From Rhodoluna sp. (lineage in GTDB: Bacteria; Actinomycetota; Actinomycetes; Actinomycetales; Microbacteriaceae): a stretch of 53,542 nucleotides of DNA. The stretch is taken from contig JBBAML010000004.1 in NCBI GenBank assembly GCA_040402515.1, positions 1 to 53,542 of the forward strand. Direction: 5' to 3'. Made by a program: the position numbers and the translations under genes. Positions within the stretch are counted from its first letter, which is position 1. Every line of letters begins with the position of its first letter. The notes beneath the pieces were generated by a model that saw nothing but the letters and a program-made list of their open reading frames with translations, was not told the DNA's origin and did no database searches. Below, piece after piece: positions 38,418 through 48,438 of this stretch.

Positions 38418-40009
38418 CTCTGTTTCTTTCTCTTACGTCTTGCAACAAAGTTTCCAACCAGAGCGATTGGGAATAAAAGTGTAGCTAGCCAGAAAGTTGC
38501 GGGCTCAACGTAACGTCCATATGCAACCGCAGGTGTGACCTCAGTTCTCAGAGGAATGTCTGAAACCATCGCTGCTGGAGTGAAGGTAGGAAGCTCGTGT
38601 TCAACGCTGCCATCCGGATGGTAAATACCTGAGACACCAACGGTTGAAATAGAAACTACTGTCCTACCTGTTTCAATAGCGCGCATTCTAGAAATTGCAG
38701 CTAGCTGAACACCCTGCTCACTCTTTCCAAAGTCGCTGCTGTTGGTTTGAATCATAATTGCTTTAGCACGGTTGTTTACGAGGTCATAGCTCAGATCGTC
38801 AATCGTAACCTCGAAACAAATAAGGGAACCAACTTGGCCTTTAGCTGGGATGTCGAAGATTCCATCCCTCTTACCAGCACTCATGTCCCAACCAATCAGT
38901 CCGATCATGTCAGGTGCTAGCGACATAAAGAACGGACGGTTTGGCACATACTCACCAAAAGGAACCGGACGTTTCTTGTCATACCAATCTGTCAAACCAC
39001 GCTCAGGCAACCACAGATCAACTTCGTTGAAGTAGTCAAGTCCTCTGAATGTCTTATTTCCGAAAAGTAGTGGAGCTTTTAGTTCCTCATTAACAAACTC
39101 GGTGACTTTTTGTCTAGGGACATCCATGGTCACCGGATCTAGGTCGGCTGAGTTCTCTGGCCAAACCATCAGGTCAATACCTTTTGCTTTTCCAGTAGAA
39201 ATCAAATCTCTAGAAACAGCTATGTGCTTATCAAGAATTGATCCAGGTGGGTTTACAGCGAATAATCCAGCGTTAGCATTTCCCTGAACCGCTGCAACCT
39301 TCATTGTGCCTGTTTGCGCAGCTGTATCTAGAACCAGAGCAAAAGGAGTAACAAAGAAAACTGTGAAGGCGGCAACGGTAGGAACCCAGCTTTTGGTCCT
39401 TAGGCAGATACCTGATCCCTGAGGTAGCGGATTTAGAAACTTAAGAGCAACTAAAGCACTCACGAAGGCAATCAGAAAAGTAAGGCCTGCAATATCAACT
39501 GCCCAAACCCATTTGGCCAGGTGGTTTTCAACTTGGCTTAGCCCTCCCCTGGCCCACGGCAATCCTCCGAATGGAAATTGTCCTGCCACATATTCACGAG
39601 CCGTGTATACGGTTGCAATTGCAAAACTGATGACAAACGGTTTAGCTTTACCGAGTTTTAGAGTTTCTAGCCACTTCCAAATGAGGGCCATCACCCCAAC
39701 TGCAACTCCGAAGATCAAACCTTCTGCGACCGAGAGTGCAACCCAAGGAAGTAACCCGAGGTATGTGGTCAACCACTTTAGGACTAAACCGTAAAAAGCG
39801 ATTCCAGCTAGTGAGCCAAGTGCAAAGCCTTTGAAGAAGCCAGCGCTTCTAATTGCCAAAACTAAGAAGAATATCCCAAGGAAAATACCTGGAGCAAAGC
39901 TGAAAGCGGGAAAGGTAACGGCAATGAGCAAGCCAGCGATTATTGCCAGAATTGAACGCCCCCAGAACGAGTTTGAGTGCCTTAGCCAAGTCAAAGTCGT
40001 ATTCTTCAT
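38414..40009 (-). CDS. lnt: Apolipoprotein N-acyltransferase
   Basis: TM N-domain, PFGGLPW, VQGN, WPE, K...VPFGEY and ICFE (E-K-C triad). Confidence 0.96.
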   Translation of the reverse strand: MKNTTLTWLRHSNSFWGRSILAIIAGLLIAVTFPAFSFAPGIFLGIFFLVLAIRSAGFFKGFALGSLAGIAFYGLVLKWLTTYLGLLPWVALSVAEGLIFGVAVGVMALIWKWLETLKLGKAKPFVISFAIATVYTAREYVAGQFPFGGLPWARGGLSQVENHLAKWVWAVDIAGLTFLIAFVSALVALKFLNPLPQGSGICLRTKSWVPTVAAFTVFFVTPFALVLDTAAQTGTMKVAAVQGNANAGLFAVNPPGSILDKHIAVSRDLISTGKAKGIDLMVWPENSADLDPVTMDVPRQKVTEFVNEELKAPLLFGNKTFRGLDYFNEVDLWLPERGLTDWYDKKRPVPFGEYVPNRPFFMSLAPDMIGLIGWDMSAGKRDGIFDIPAKGQVGSLICFEVTIDDLSYDLVNNRAKAIMIQTNSSDFGKSEQGVQLAAISRMRAIETGRTVVSISTVGVSGIYHPDGSVEHELPTFTPAAMVSDIPLRTEVTPAVAYGRYVEPATFWLATLLFPIALVGNFVARRKRKKQS

Positions 40010-40015
40010 AACTAT

Positions 40016-42460
40016 CTAAGCGTAATAGGAATATGCAACTATTCCACGTTTGATCTTGTCTATCGAGGCCTCTGCAGCCTCGGAAAGCTCATCCTGGTGG
40101 ACTTTAGCTATCTGTTCTAGAAGGTCAATTGTTTGCTTACACCAGCGAATGAAGTCTCCAGCCAACATCCCGGTTGCAGTCAGGATACTGTCCAGCCTTG
40201 CCCCTGTTGCCCAACGATACATCTGCAATGCCATTGCTGAATCCGGCTCGCTGGTGAGCGGAAGATTGTGGAATCTCGAGACCTCTTGGAGGTCATCCCA
40301 GACATTCAGCGTGTTGTCGAACACTTCAACGAAAGCGCCTTTGGGGTGTTTTGGCGTTATGTTCTCGTCGTCTCTACGTGATTCATAAACCAAGGCTGAG
40401 GCTATTGCTGCAAGAGTTGGAGCATCAACGTTGTGCCAAACTTTGCGTCTAAGGCATTCTGCAACCAATAGATCTCTTTCGCCGTAGATCTTCGCTAGCT
40501 TTTTCCCTGACTCGGTGACCTCGAGATCACCATCGCTTACTTCTAAGTAGTTGAGCTCGACAAGCATTTCGCTAATGCGGTCAAAGGTCTTAGCAACTTG
40601 GTTAGTCCTTGATTCGATTTGACGAATGATGGCTTTAGTTTCTTTCTCAAGTTTCCACCAGCGTTCACCCCAGCGTGCATGAACTTCACGATCGGGACAA
40701 GCGTGACAAGGATGAGATCGAAGGTCTTTCTTTAGGTTGGCAAGTTTCAGTTCCTGAGCCCTTCTCCCCTTGGTCTGCCTCAGGTCATTTCTTCTAGCTT
40801 GCCGTCCAGCCTGGGCTGACTCTCTTTCAAGCTCATTGGTTTCTTTGCGAAGCCTTGCATACTCTCGGAAATCCCCTAGGTGACACTTCATTGACTGCTC
40901 ATAGCCATCGAGAGCCTCTTGTTTCTCTCGAATACCTCTAGCTAGTCCAACCACTGATCTATCGGCTTGGAATTGGGCAAAAGAGGTTTCTAGAACATCT
41001 CTAGACCTTCTCTGTCCGAATGCTTCGATTAGGTTTACAGCCATGTTGAATGTCGGCTTGAAAGATGAGTTAAGTGGATAGGTTCTTTTAGATGCCAGTG
41101 AGGCAACATAATTTGGGTCTAAGTTGGCTGCCCACTGAATCACGGAGTGTCCTTCAGTATCGATACCTCTTCTACCCGCACGGCCAGTTAGCTGTGTGTA
41201 TTCACCAGGGGTGATCTGGACTCTTCCCTCACCGTTGTATTTGTCCAAACGATCAAGAACAACAGTTCTTGCAGGCATGTTGATACCGAGCGCGAGAGTC
41301 TCAGTTGCAAAGACCACCTTGACTAATTTTCTGAGGAACAGCTCTTCAACAACTTCTTTGAATGCAGGAAGCAAGCCAGCATGGTGTGCTGCAACTCCTC
41401 TTTCGAGAGCATTAAGCCATTCAAAGTAACCAAGCGCTGAAAGATCTTCGTCACCGATGGTCGCACACTTCTCTTCAGCAATTCGTCTAATGAGTTGCTT
41501 GTCTTCAGGTTTGGTGAGTCTGATACCCGAAGCTAGTACGGATTGGACCGCAGCCTCACAACCTGCACGAGAGAAGATGAAAAAGATTGCCGGAAGTAAG
41601 TCAGCTTCATCGAGAATCGCGATGATCTCAGGTTTAGTGACCTTCGGGATTCGGCTTAGATTTCGATCATTCAGCCCTGGATGACCCCTTCTACCCCTGG
41701 TTGGTTTGTGAATAGGCTGTCGCATCTTGTTAGCATGACGCTGCACTAGATCGACGTTTACTCTTGTCTGCTGAGATTCATCATCAAAGAGTGGAATTAG
41801 TTCATCACCAAACAACACATGCTGATTTAGTGGGACAGGTCGAATTTCAGAAACGATTACTGACGTATCTCCTCTGACTTCATCGAGCCAAGCTCCAAAC
41901 TCTTCAGCGTTAGACACTGTCGCGCTAAGTGAGACGATCTTGACGTCTTTAGGTAGGTGAAGAATAACCTCCTCCCAAACCGCTCCCCTAAACCGGTCAG
42001 CTAGATAGTGAACTTCATCCATGACCACATAACCAAGGCTTATTAGAGCGTTCGAATTGGCATAGATCATGTTTCGTAAAACTTCAGTTGTCATGACCAA
42101 GATCTGCGCATCTGAGTTGATGTTAGTATCCCCTGTGAGCAACCCAACAGACTCTTCACCGTAGCGAGCCTGGAGCTCGGCAAATTTCTGATTACTTAGC
42201 GCTTTGATTGGTGTTGTGTAGAAGACCTTGAGAGATTTTTCAACGGCAAGATGGATAGCAAATTCGCCGACTATTGTTTTTCCTGCTCCTGTAGGGGCAG
42301 CAACGAGGACTCCGTGGCCTTGAACTAATGCTCTGCAGGCTCTCTCCTGAAAATCATCCAAGGGGAATTTGAGTAGCGAAATGAAATTATCTAAACTCGC
42401 ATGCCTCTTAGTTTGTTTAGCCTTGGCAAATCTCTCTGCAGGGCTTAGCTCTTCTGACAT
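40016..42460 (-). CDS. helY: Ski2-like DEAD/DEAH RNA helicase HelY
   Basis: APTGAGKT, PIKALSNQK, DEVH, SAT, TETLALGINMPA, QLTGRAGRRG and DSHCT-like C-terminus. Confidence 0.95.
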   Translation of the reverse strand: MSEELSPAERFAKAKQTKRHASLDNFISLLKFPLDDFQERACRALVQGHGVLVAAPTGAGKTIVGEFAIHLAVEKSLKVFYTTPIKALSNQKFAELQARYGEESVGLLTGDTNINSDAQILVMTTEVLRNMIYANSNALISLGYVVMDEVHYLADRFRGAVWEEVILHLPKDVKIVSLSATVSNAEEFGAWLDEVRGDTSVIVSEIRPVPLNQHVLFGDELIPLFDDESQQTRVNVDLVQRHANKMRQPIHKPTRGRRGHPGLNDRNLSRIPKVTKPEIIAILDEADLLPAIFFIFSRAGCEAAVQSVLASGIRLTKPEDKQLIRRIAEEKCATIGDEDLSALGYFEWLNALERGVAAHHAGLLPAFKEVVEELFLRKLVKVVFATETLALGINMPARTVVLDRLDKYNGEGRVQITPGEYTQLTGRAGRRGIDTEGHSVIQWAANLDPNYVASLASKRTYPLNSSFKPTFNMAVNLIEAFGQRRSRDVLETSFAQFQADRSVVGLARGIREKQEALDGYEQSMKCHLGDFREYARLRKETNELERESAQAGRQARRNDLRQTKGRRAQELKLANLKKDLRSHPCHACPDREVHARWGERWWKLEKETKAIIRQIESRTNQVAKTFDRISEMLVELNYLEVSDGDLEVTESGKKLAKIYGERDLLVAECLRRKVWHNVDAPTLAAIASALVYESRRDDENITPKHPKGAFVEVFDNTLNVWDDLQEVSRFHNLPLTSEPDSAMALQMYRWATGARLDSILTATGMLAGDFIRWCKQTIDLLEQIAKVHQDELSEAAEASIDKIKRGIVAYSYYA

Positions 42461-43269
42461 CACTCAACTTCATCTGAGACATAGTTTGTTACTAAGTCAA
42501 CTTCATCAACATTCTTCTGGCGCAGGGTCCGTCTCTTGTCGTTCAAAAGTGCAATACCAGCTGAGAGATAGAAGAAAGCGATGAGCGGAATCATTAGTAA
42601 GAACATAGACATTGGGTCTGACACTGGTGTTGCTAGTGCACCAATGAGCGAAATCAGGAAGATAGCCGGACGCCAACCCTTAAGAATTGTTTTACCTGAA
42701 ATAGTTCCCAGAGCGTTTAGCAGGACAAGGATTGCTGGAAGAACAAATGCAATACCGAAAACAAGAAGTACTCGAACTGTGAATAAAACATACTCCGCGG
42801 CATTAATCATGTTGGCGCTACCTTCAGGAGTGAAAGCTAACAAGCTTCTTACGAATCCAGGGAATAGCCACCAGCCGAAGTAAGCCCCACCTAGAAATAG
42901 TGGCGAACTGATAAGCACGAACACAACAGCGTAGCGACGTTCGCGCTTCTTGAGAGCAGGAGCTAGGAAAGACCAAATTTGATAAAGCCATATTGGGCTG
43001 GTAATGAATAAACCAATGAAAAAGGCTATTTGCATATGTAAATCAAAAGCAGAGACAACTGAGCCGAAATTGATCTGAGCATTTACGTTTTGGTCATTGG
43101 CTAAAGCCTTGATTGGCTTCTGGAGTTCAGCAAACACTGAATCGAATAAAACCCAACCTGCGATTGTGCCAGCGACAATAGCTAGACCGGCTTTGAATAA
43201 CCTGTTGCGAAGTTCACGGAAGTGTCCCGATAGCTTCATTTTCTTCTCGGGATTGCGGCGAGATGCCAT
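42460..43269 (-). CDS. tatC: Twin-arginine translocase subunit TatC
   Basis: H..ELRNRL, YQIWSFLAPAL..ERR and ATP..DP.SM motifs; multiple TMs. Confidence 0.97.
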   Translation of the reverse strand: MASRRNPEKKMKLSGHFRELRNRLFKAGLAIVAGTIAGWVLFDSVFAELQKPIKALANDQNVNAQINFGSVVSAFDLHMQIAFFIGLFITSPIWLYQIWSFLAPALKKRERRYAVVFVLISSPLFLGGAYFGWWLFPGFVRSLLAFTPEGSANMINAAEYVLFTVRVLLVFGIAFVLPAILVLLNALGTISGKTILKGWRPAIFLISLIGALATPVSDPMSMFLLMIPLIAFFYLSAGIALLNDKRRTLRQKNVDEVDLVTNYVSDEVE

Positions 43270-43472
43270 TAGTCGTCTTTAGGTTGTTCTTTCTCAGGAG
43301 TAGCCTTTTTGTCTTCAGCTCTCTCATCACCTAGCTGCTTCATCTCTTTTCTAAAGATGCGCATTGACTGGCCAAGGCTCTTAGCAAAACCTGGAAGCTT
43401 TGGAGCACCCCAAATAACAAGCACTACAAGCACGATAAAAATAAAGTGCCAACCCTCTAGACCTCTAAACAT
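43269..43472 (-). CDS. tatA: Twin-arginine translocase subunit TatA
   Basis: Short TM, GAPKLP..AKSLGQS.RIF..E amphipathic helix, charged tail. Confidence 0.93.
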   Translation of the reverse strand: MFRGLEGWHFIFIVLVVLVIWGAPKLPGFAKSLGQSMRIFRKEMKQLGDERAEDKKATPEKEQPKDD

Positions 43473-43480
43473 CTACTGCC

Positions 43481-43717
43481 TTACTCTTCTAAATCGATTT
43501 CATTGGAACTACTACCGTCTAGCCTACGCTCTCTAGCAAGCCTTGAGCGCTTTAGAGAGCTAACTTCGATAGCTAAGGCCTTCACCTTTACTCCGATTGG
43601 AGCATATGATCTGGCAACCCGCTTTGACGATTGACTTAGGTGAAAGCCTGCAATGCTAAGTGCCACGGCAGCCAGCAGGGCTAGGCCGCCAAAGACATAG
43701 AGCCAGAGATACTCCAT
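43481..43717 (-). CDS. Small single-TM hypothetical protein
   Basis: N-terminal hydrophobic helix and basic tail; start overlaps the pafC stop; fills the gap to tatA. Confidence 0.75.
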   Translation of the reverse strand: MEYLWLYVFGGLALLAAVALSIAGFHLSQSSKRVARSYAPIGVKVKALAIEVSSLKRSRLARERRLDGSSSNEIDLEE

Positions 43718-44709
43718 TACTCGGCATCCTCTGGTTGAGTCATTGGAATCTCGCCTATAGCCTTGAGAGCAAATTCTCTAACCGCCGCTCTAGCTTCTTC
43801 CGGGGCAACAACTTTGGCTGCTCCCCCATATCGAGAGATGATTCGCCCTAGGTTTCTAACATCTCCTACCAAGATCTTGAAGCTCTTCACATATTCTGAG
43901 ACGGTAACTGGTTCATCCACTGGTCTGAAATCGACCATCAGGCTAAATGCCTCAGGTTCGACTTCGATTGTCACCAAAGTGTCGCTTTCAGCTGGGTGAT
44001 AAACCTCGTCATCCAACTCTGCATTTAGAGCTTCTTGTGAAATAGGAACTTCGATTAGCTTGGCGTTGCGCATGCGGTCCACTCGGAAAGATCTGACGTC
44101 CTTATTTTCAGGACACCAACCCTTTAGGTATATCAGTTCACCACGAAGATCAATTCGAAGAGGCTCAATCACTCTTCCAATCCTCATCTCCCCTTTGAGG
44201 TTCAAGTAATCGCAAACGATCGATCTGCCGAGCTTGATTGCCTGTCTGATGGTTATTAAGTCAGCATCCCTGGAACCAGGTTGAACAATAACCTCAGGAG
44301 CACTACCTCTTGAATCTCCGGTGGACAGAATGTTTTGCAGAGCAATAATCTCTTCACTTTCAGCAAGACCTGGTAGCGAACTCAAATAAACCAGACCAGC
44401 AGCCAAGGCTGAAGCTTGTCTCGAGGAAAGTCTTGGAACATCTTCAACAACGTTCTCAAGGTTGTATGAGATGCGAACAAAGCCTTCTTCAAGAGCGTCA
44501 TAGTCAACTACGTAGCGGTCTGGATTCTGGAAGTTAGCTAGATCAGTGAAGCCGATGTTCTTTACAGCTTTGACTATCTCGTCTGGAGTTACTTCAAAAC
44601 GCTCGGCCAATTCAGTAACTTCATACTCATCTTCTTGAACTAAGAAACCAGTAAGAGAAAGCATTAGGTTATAGCGATCGGAATCATCCAATCTTTCTGG
44701 GTTAGGCAT
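43717..44709 (-). CDS. pafC: WYL-domain transcription regulator PafC
   Basis: N-terminal wHTH (VTELAERFEV), YLKGWC..RSFRVDRM WYL core, WCX tail. Confidence 0.9.
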   Translation of the reverse strand: MPNPERLDDSDRYNLMLSLTGFLVQEDEYEVTELAERFEVTPDEIVKAVKNIGFTDLANFQNPDRYVVDYDALEEGFVRISYNLENVVEDVPRLSSRQASALAAGLVYLSSLPGLAESEEIIALQNILSTGDSRGSAPEVIVQPGSRDADLITIRQAIKLGRSIVCDYLNLKGEMRIGRVIEPLRIDLRGELIYLKGWCPENKDVRSFRVDRMRNAKLIEVPISQEALNAELDDEVYHPAESDTLVTIEVEPEAFSLMVDFRPVDEPVTVSEYVKSFKILVGDVRNLGRIISRYGGAAKVVAPEEARAAVREFALKAIGEIPMTQPEDAE

Positions 44710-45706
44710 GATCGTTAGCCACCCTCTCGTAACCGGCTTTGACTACTTGAATCAAAGCTTCAGGCTTTAGAACTTTAATCTGCCCCGCATACTCTCGAAG
44801 TTGCTCGGCTAACACATAGACATCGTGGTAGTTGATGGTTACCTCATCAGAGTTGCCATTTCCCTGAAGGTCTAATTCAAACTTGAACCAAGCCTCGGAG
44901 TCACGCTCCACTTTGATTTTTGCTGTCTGTTTTGCACCAAGTGAATCAAGATCCTCAACTGCCTTAAGGATTTGTTCTTGTGCAGGAGGGTCAAAAGGTT
45001 TCACACCTTTGACGGAAGTTACTTTGCTCACAATTCTTCTGAGCATGAAGTTTCGGGTGTCTTGCTTATCCTCATCCCAACCCATCACAATCCACTGGCC
45101 TGCAACAAGTCTTAGCAACCAAGGCTGCAGGGTTCTCTTCTGGATTTCACCGGTTTGAGGCTTTCGATACATAAAACTGACGACCTGATGGTCGGAAATG
45201 GCATTGTTAAGATCTCTAAAGGAAGGCTCTGATGCCTGAATTCTAGGAGCGATTCCAACGATGTCTGAATCCTCACCCACAGCACCCATCGCTCTTAACT
45301 TGGTGATGCCTCTGCTAGCTGCAGTTGAGAGAGACCCTCCAGCCCAAGCATCAGCAGCTAGGTTCAGCAGGGCCATTTGGCGCGGAGTGAATTTAACATT
45401 CTTAGGCCAGTAAAAACTCTCACGCTTAATGGAATAAACAGTTACTTGGTTGTTTTCATCCTCGTGAGGCGGAATAGTGACTTCCAACTGAATACCGTTG
45501 TGAATAAGGCTTGACTTGTCTCTTTCGAATTTGCGCTCCAGCGAAGAATTGTCGCCGCCATCAACGTATTCATTTTCATAACCAGGCACTGAACGCAGAA
45601 TCTCGTTCTTAGTCAGACCACTGCGCGTATAGAGCAGAGCGCAGGTCAAATTGAATAAGCGCTCAGGCTTAGTTATTTTGTATGGACTGGACTTAGATTC
45701 GCTCAT
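44702..45706 (-). CDS. pafB: WYL-domain transcription regulator PafB
   Basis: ERLFNLT.ALL, VPGY, ERKFERDK..L, WYL-type W..GWD....RNF...RI, WCX tail. Confidence 0.9.
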   Translation of the reverse strand: MSESKSSPYKITKPERLFNLTCALLYTRSGLTKNEILRSVPGYENEYVDGGDNSSLERKFERDKSSLIHNGIQLEVTIPPHEDENNQVTVYSIKRESFYWPKNVKFTPRQMALLNLAADAWAGGSLSTAASRGITKLRAMGAVGEDSDIVGIAPRIQASEPSFRDLNNAISDHQVVSFMYRKPQTGEIQKRTLQPWLLRLVAGQWIVMGWDEDKQDTRNFMLRRIVSKVTSVKGVKPFDPPAQEQILKAVEDLDSLGAKQTAKIKVERDSEAWFKFELDLQGNGNSDEVTINYHDVYVLAEQLREYAGQIKVLKPEALIQVVKAGYERVANDHA

Positions 45707-45721
45707 TGCACCAATTCGTGA

Positions 45722-46690
45722 TTACTTATTCACACCTAGGATGTCAACGACGAATAGCAGTGTTGCGCCACCAGGGATTGAACCACCGTTTCCATCAGCG
45801 CCGTAACCATCAGCTGCAGGCATCGATGCAATCACCTGTGAGCCAACTGTTTCACCGTCCAGGGCTTTAACGAAACCAGGAATCAAACCACCATCACCAG
45901 TTTTGAGAGTGAAAGTTGCAGGGCCATTGCCTGAGTCCCATGAAGAATCAAAAGCGGCACCGATCTCTGTTCCCCAAACCCAACCAACATAGTGAACAGT
46001 GATTGAGTCGCCTGTCTTAATGGTTTCGCCAGCACCCTTAATCAAGGTTGCTTTCTGGAAATCTTTTGGAGCTGAGAATGATGGTGCAACCAAACCTGGT
46101 TGTCCAGTCTTAGGCGCACGAACAACTGAAGGTAGTCCAGTTGGAAGTGGCTGAATTGCTCCGTTTGCGTGTGGAAGATATACCTTCTTCAGCTGAAGTA
46201 CATAGGTAGTTCCATTAGGGTCTGCTTCTGACTTAGGGTTAGCGAAGACAACAAGGCTGCCCTCTTTCACTCCAGTTATTGCATCACAGAAAACCTTGGT
46301 TGTTGAAGAATCAAAAACTTGGCTTGCAGCATCAGTGCCATCAAATTTGCTGCTAGCTAGAACTTCACCAGTAGATGAGTTCACAATTACATACTCAATA
46401 GTCACAAGTTGGTTACCGGTGAACGCTGGCCCATTTCCCTCTTTGACAACCTTGGTCTGAGAAGTCTTGATAAGTGAAAGCTGTGAGGTTCCGTCGCCCT
46501 TGGTTGGGAATTCAACAGTTGGAACTTTGCCATCAGCGCCAGTTACCTTGACCTGATCGATTTCAGCGCCACCTTTGAATGCTTCACAAGTTGGTGTGAT
46601 ACCTGCATAGGCATCGTTGCCACTAGCGCAGCCAGCAAGTAAAAGTACTGAGGCGGCAGCTACCGCGAGGATTGATTTAGATCTAGACAA
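45722..46690 (-). CDS. Two-domain FKBP-type peptidyl-prolyl isomerase lipoprotein
   Basis: Lipobox LAGC; C-domain VHYVG..FDSSW..LIPGF..GYG..IP..TLLFVVDIL; degenerate N-terminal FKBP domain. Confidence 0.92.
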   Translation of the reverse strand: MSRSKSILAVAAASVLLLAGCASGNDAYAGITPTCEAFKGGAEIDQVKVTGADGKVPTVEFPTKGDGTSQLSLIKTSQTKVVKEGNGPAFTGNQLVTIEYVIVNSSTGEVLASSKFDGTDAASQVFDSSTTKVFCDAITGVKEGSLVVFANPKSEADPNGTTYVLQLKKVYLPHANGAIQPLPTGLPSVVRAPKTGQPGLVAPSFSAPKDFQKATLIKGAGETIKTGDSITVHYVGWVWGTEIGAAFDSSWDSGNGPATFTLKTGDGGLIPGFVKALDGETVGSQVIASMPAADGYGADGNGGSIPGGATLLFVVDILGVNK

Positions 46691-46722
46691 GGACGAACTT
46701 CTTTCTAAAGGTTTCTTGAAGT

Positions 46723-47712
46723 TTACTCTTCAGAGCTGTCCGAAACCTGACTTTTAGCAGTAGCAGCGCTCTGTGCCGAACGGACTGACTTCCGAAGTCT
46801 CTTCTCGCTAACACTTCGCTCCCCTAGATGCTCTGGGTTCCAGACTGAAAGATCCTCATCGGAAAACTCTGGCTTAGCTCTTCTTGAGAAACTTGGTAGT
46901 ACGGTGCCTGGGGCCAGTCTTCTGGCGGTTAGCAAGAACCCGGTGTGGCCTCCCATACGGTGCTCAGGACGCACTGCGAGCCCTTGTAGATGCCAGCCAC
47001 GAACCAGGGACTCGAAAGCTTCAGGATCTGCGTAGTTTCCAGATGCCTTGATCTCCTCTGCTACGCGAGAAAGCTGAGTAACGGTCGCAACATAGCAAAT
47101 CAATACTCCACCTGGGGCTAGGGCTTGAGAAACAGACTCGATGCACTCCCAGGGTGCCAGCATGTCAAGAACGACTCGGTCGATGGAACCAGGTTCAACC
47201 ACAGTAAGTAGTTCATCCTGCAGGCTACCTAGTTGAATACTCCAGTTAGTGGGAACAAATCCAAACTGAGTCTCAACGTTTGCTTTTGCAATTTCAGCAA
47301 ATTCTGCTCTTCTTTCAAATGAAGTTAGAGCGCCGGTTTCTCCTATGGCTCTAAGCAAATACATGCTCAGAGCACCAGATCCAACACCAGCCTCTACTAC
47401 TCTGGCACCCGGAAAAATATCTCCCATGGTGACGATGCTGGCGGCATCCTTTGGGTAAACAATTGCTGCACCTCTAGGCATAGACAAAACAAAGTCGGTA
47501 AGCAATGGTCTAAGGGCTAAATACTCGACCCCTGCTTGATTAGTTATTACAGAACCGTCAGGTTTACCAATGATGTCATCGTGCTTTATATCCCCTCGAT
47601 GGGTTCCAAAGACTGCACCTACTCTAAGGGTGATTGTGTTCAATCGCCCCTTAGGGCCAGTTAATTGAACACGTTCCCCTGCTCTAAAACCGCCACGCAT
47701 GATGTTTGTCAT
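46723..47712 (-). CDS. trmI: tRNA m1A58 methyltransferase
   Basis: MPRGAAIVYPKD, EAGVGSGAL, LDMLAPW and VRPEHRM.GHTGFL motifs. Confidence 0.96.
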   Translation of the reverse strand: MTNIMRGGFRAGERVQLTGPKGRLNTITLRVGAVFGTHRGDIKHDDIIGKPDGSVITNQAGVEYLALRPLLTDFVLSMPRGAAIVYPKDAASIVTMGDIFPGARVVEAGVGSGALSMYLLRAIGETGALTSFERRAEFAEIAKANVETQFGFVPTNWSIQLGSLQDELLTVVEPGSIDRVVLDMLAPWECIESVSQALAPGGVLICYVATVTQLSRVAEEIKASGNYADPEAFESLVRGWHLQGLAVRPEHRMGGHTGFLLTARRLAPGTVLPSFSRRAKPEFSDEDLSVWNPEHLGERSVSEKRLRKSVRSAQSAATAKSQVSDSSEE

Positions 47713-48368
47713 TTAGAGAACTTTCTAAGAGTTTTATAGGTAACTCCCTGCATGGTTGGCCAGATGATTCGACCTTCCTGCTCTGGGATTGGAACTATGT
47801 TCTGAATGCCAATAGCAATGGTTCCAGCGGCCTCAGCTGAGGTGATTCCCGATATGGAATCTTCGAAAGCGAAACAGTTCTCCGGAGCAAACCCGAGGAG
47901 TTCCGCAGCCTTGAGGTATGGCTCAGGATGAGGTTTACCCCGTAGAACGTCATCACCAGCGACGATGATGTCAAAGGCAGGGAAATCAATGGCGTCAACA
48001 ACCTGTTGAGCCATCCTGCGTAGCGACATAGTCACAAGAGCGGTCTTAACGTTGTGTTTCTTTAGGTCGAAGAGTAATTCTCTGGCACCTGGTCGCCAGG
48101 GAACAATTTTCTCCAATTGATGCTGAACGTCAGAGGTAAGCCTGGTCACAATCTCTTGGGGCTCTAGATCAATATTTGCCTTGTCTTTGAAGAGCTTTGA
48201 AGACTCATCTAGGCTCATTCCCACGACCGATAATCCATCCTCATGGGTCCAGATTCCGTTGTGCTCCTTAGCCAAAGCTTGCTCGCTAGCTAGCCAATAT
48301 GGCTCAGAGTCGATAAGCGTTCCGTCCATATCGAACAGGACAGCGAAAGAGGGAGAACGACCAAACAT
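47709..48368 (-). CDS. HAD-IA family phosphatase
   Basis: DMDGTLIDSE, VT.S, KPHPEPY and FEDS..G motifs. Confidence 0.93.
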   Translation of the reverse strand: MFGRSPSFAVLFDMDGTLIDSEPYWLASEQALAKEHNGIWTHEDGLSVVGMSLDESSKLFKDKANIDLEPQEIVTRLTSDVQHQLEKIVPWRPGARELLFDLKKHNVKTALVTMSLRRMAQQVVDAIDFPAFDIIVAGDDVLRGKPHPEPYLKAAELLGFAPENCFAFEDSISGITSAEAAGTIAIGIQNIVPIPEQEGRIIWPTMQGVTYKTLRKFSK

Positions 48369-48438
48369 AATGCGAAAAGTCTAACTGCGTTCAATGAAAT
48401 AGAGTTCTAAGTAAGAGAATCCTTTGAAATGGTGAAAA

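Noticed and set aside
43717-45706. WYL proteins as anti-phage defence regulators
   Set aside because: Tandem arrangement before tatA-tatC-helY and the ERKFERDK motif identify housekeeping PafBC; no defence genes nearby.
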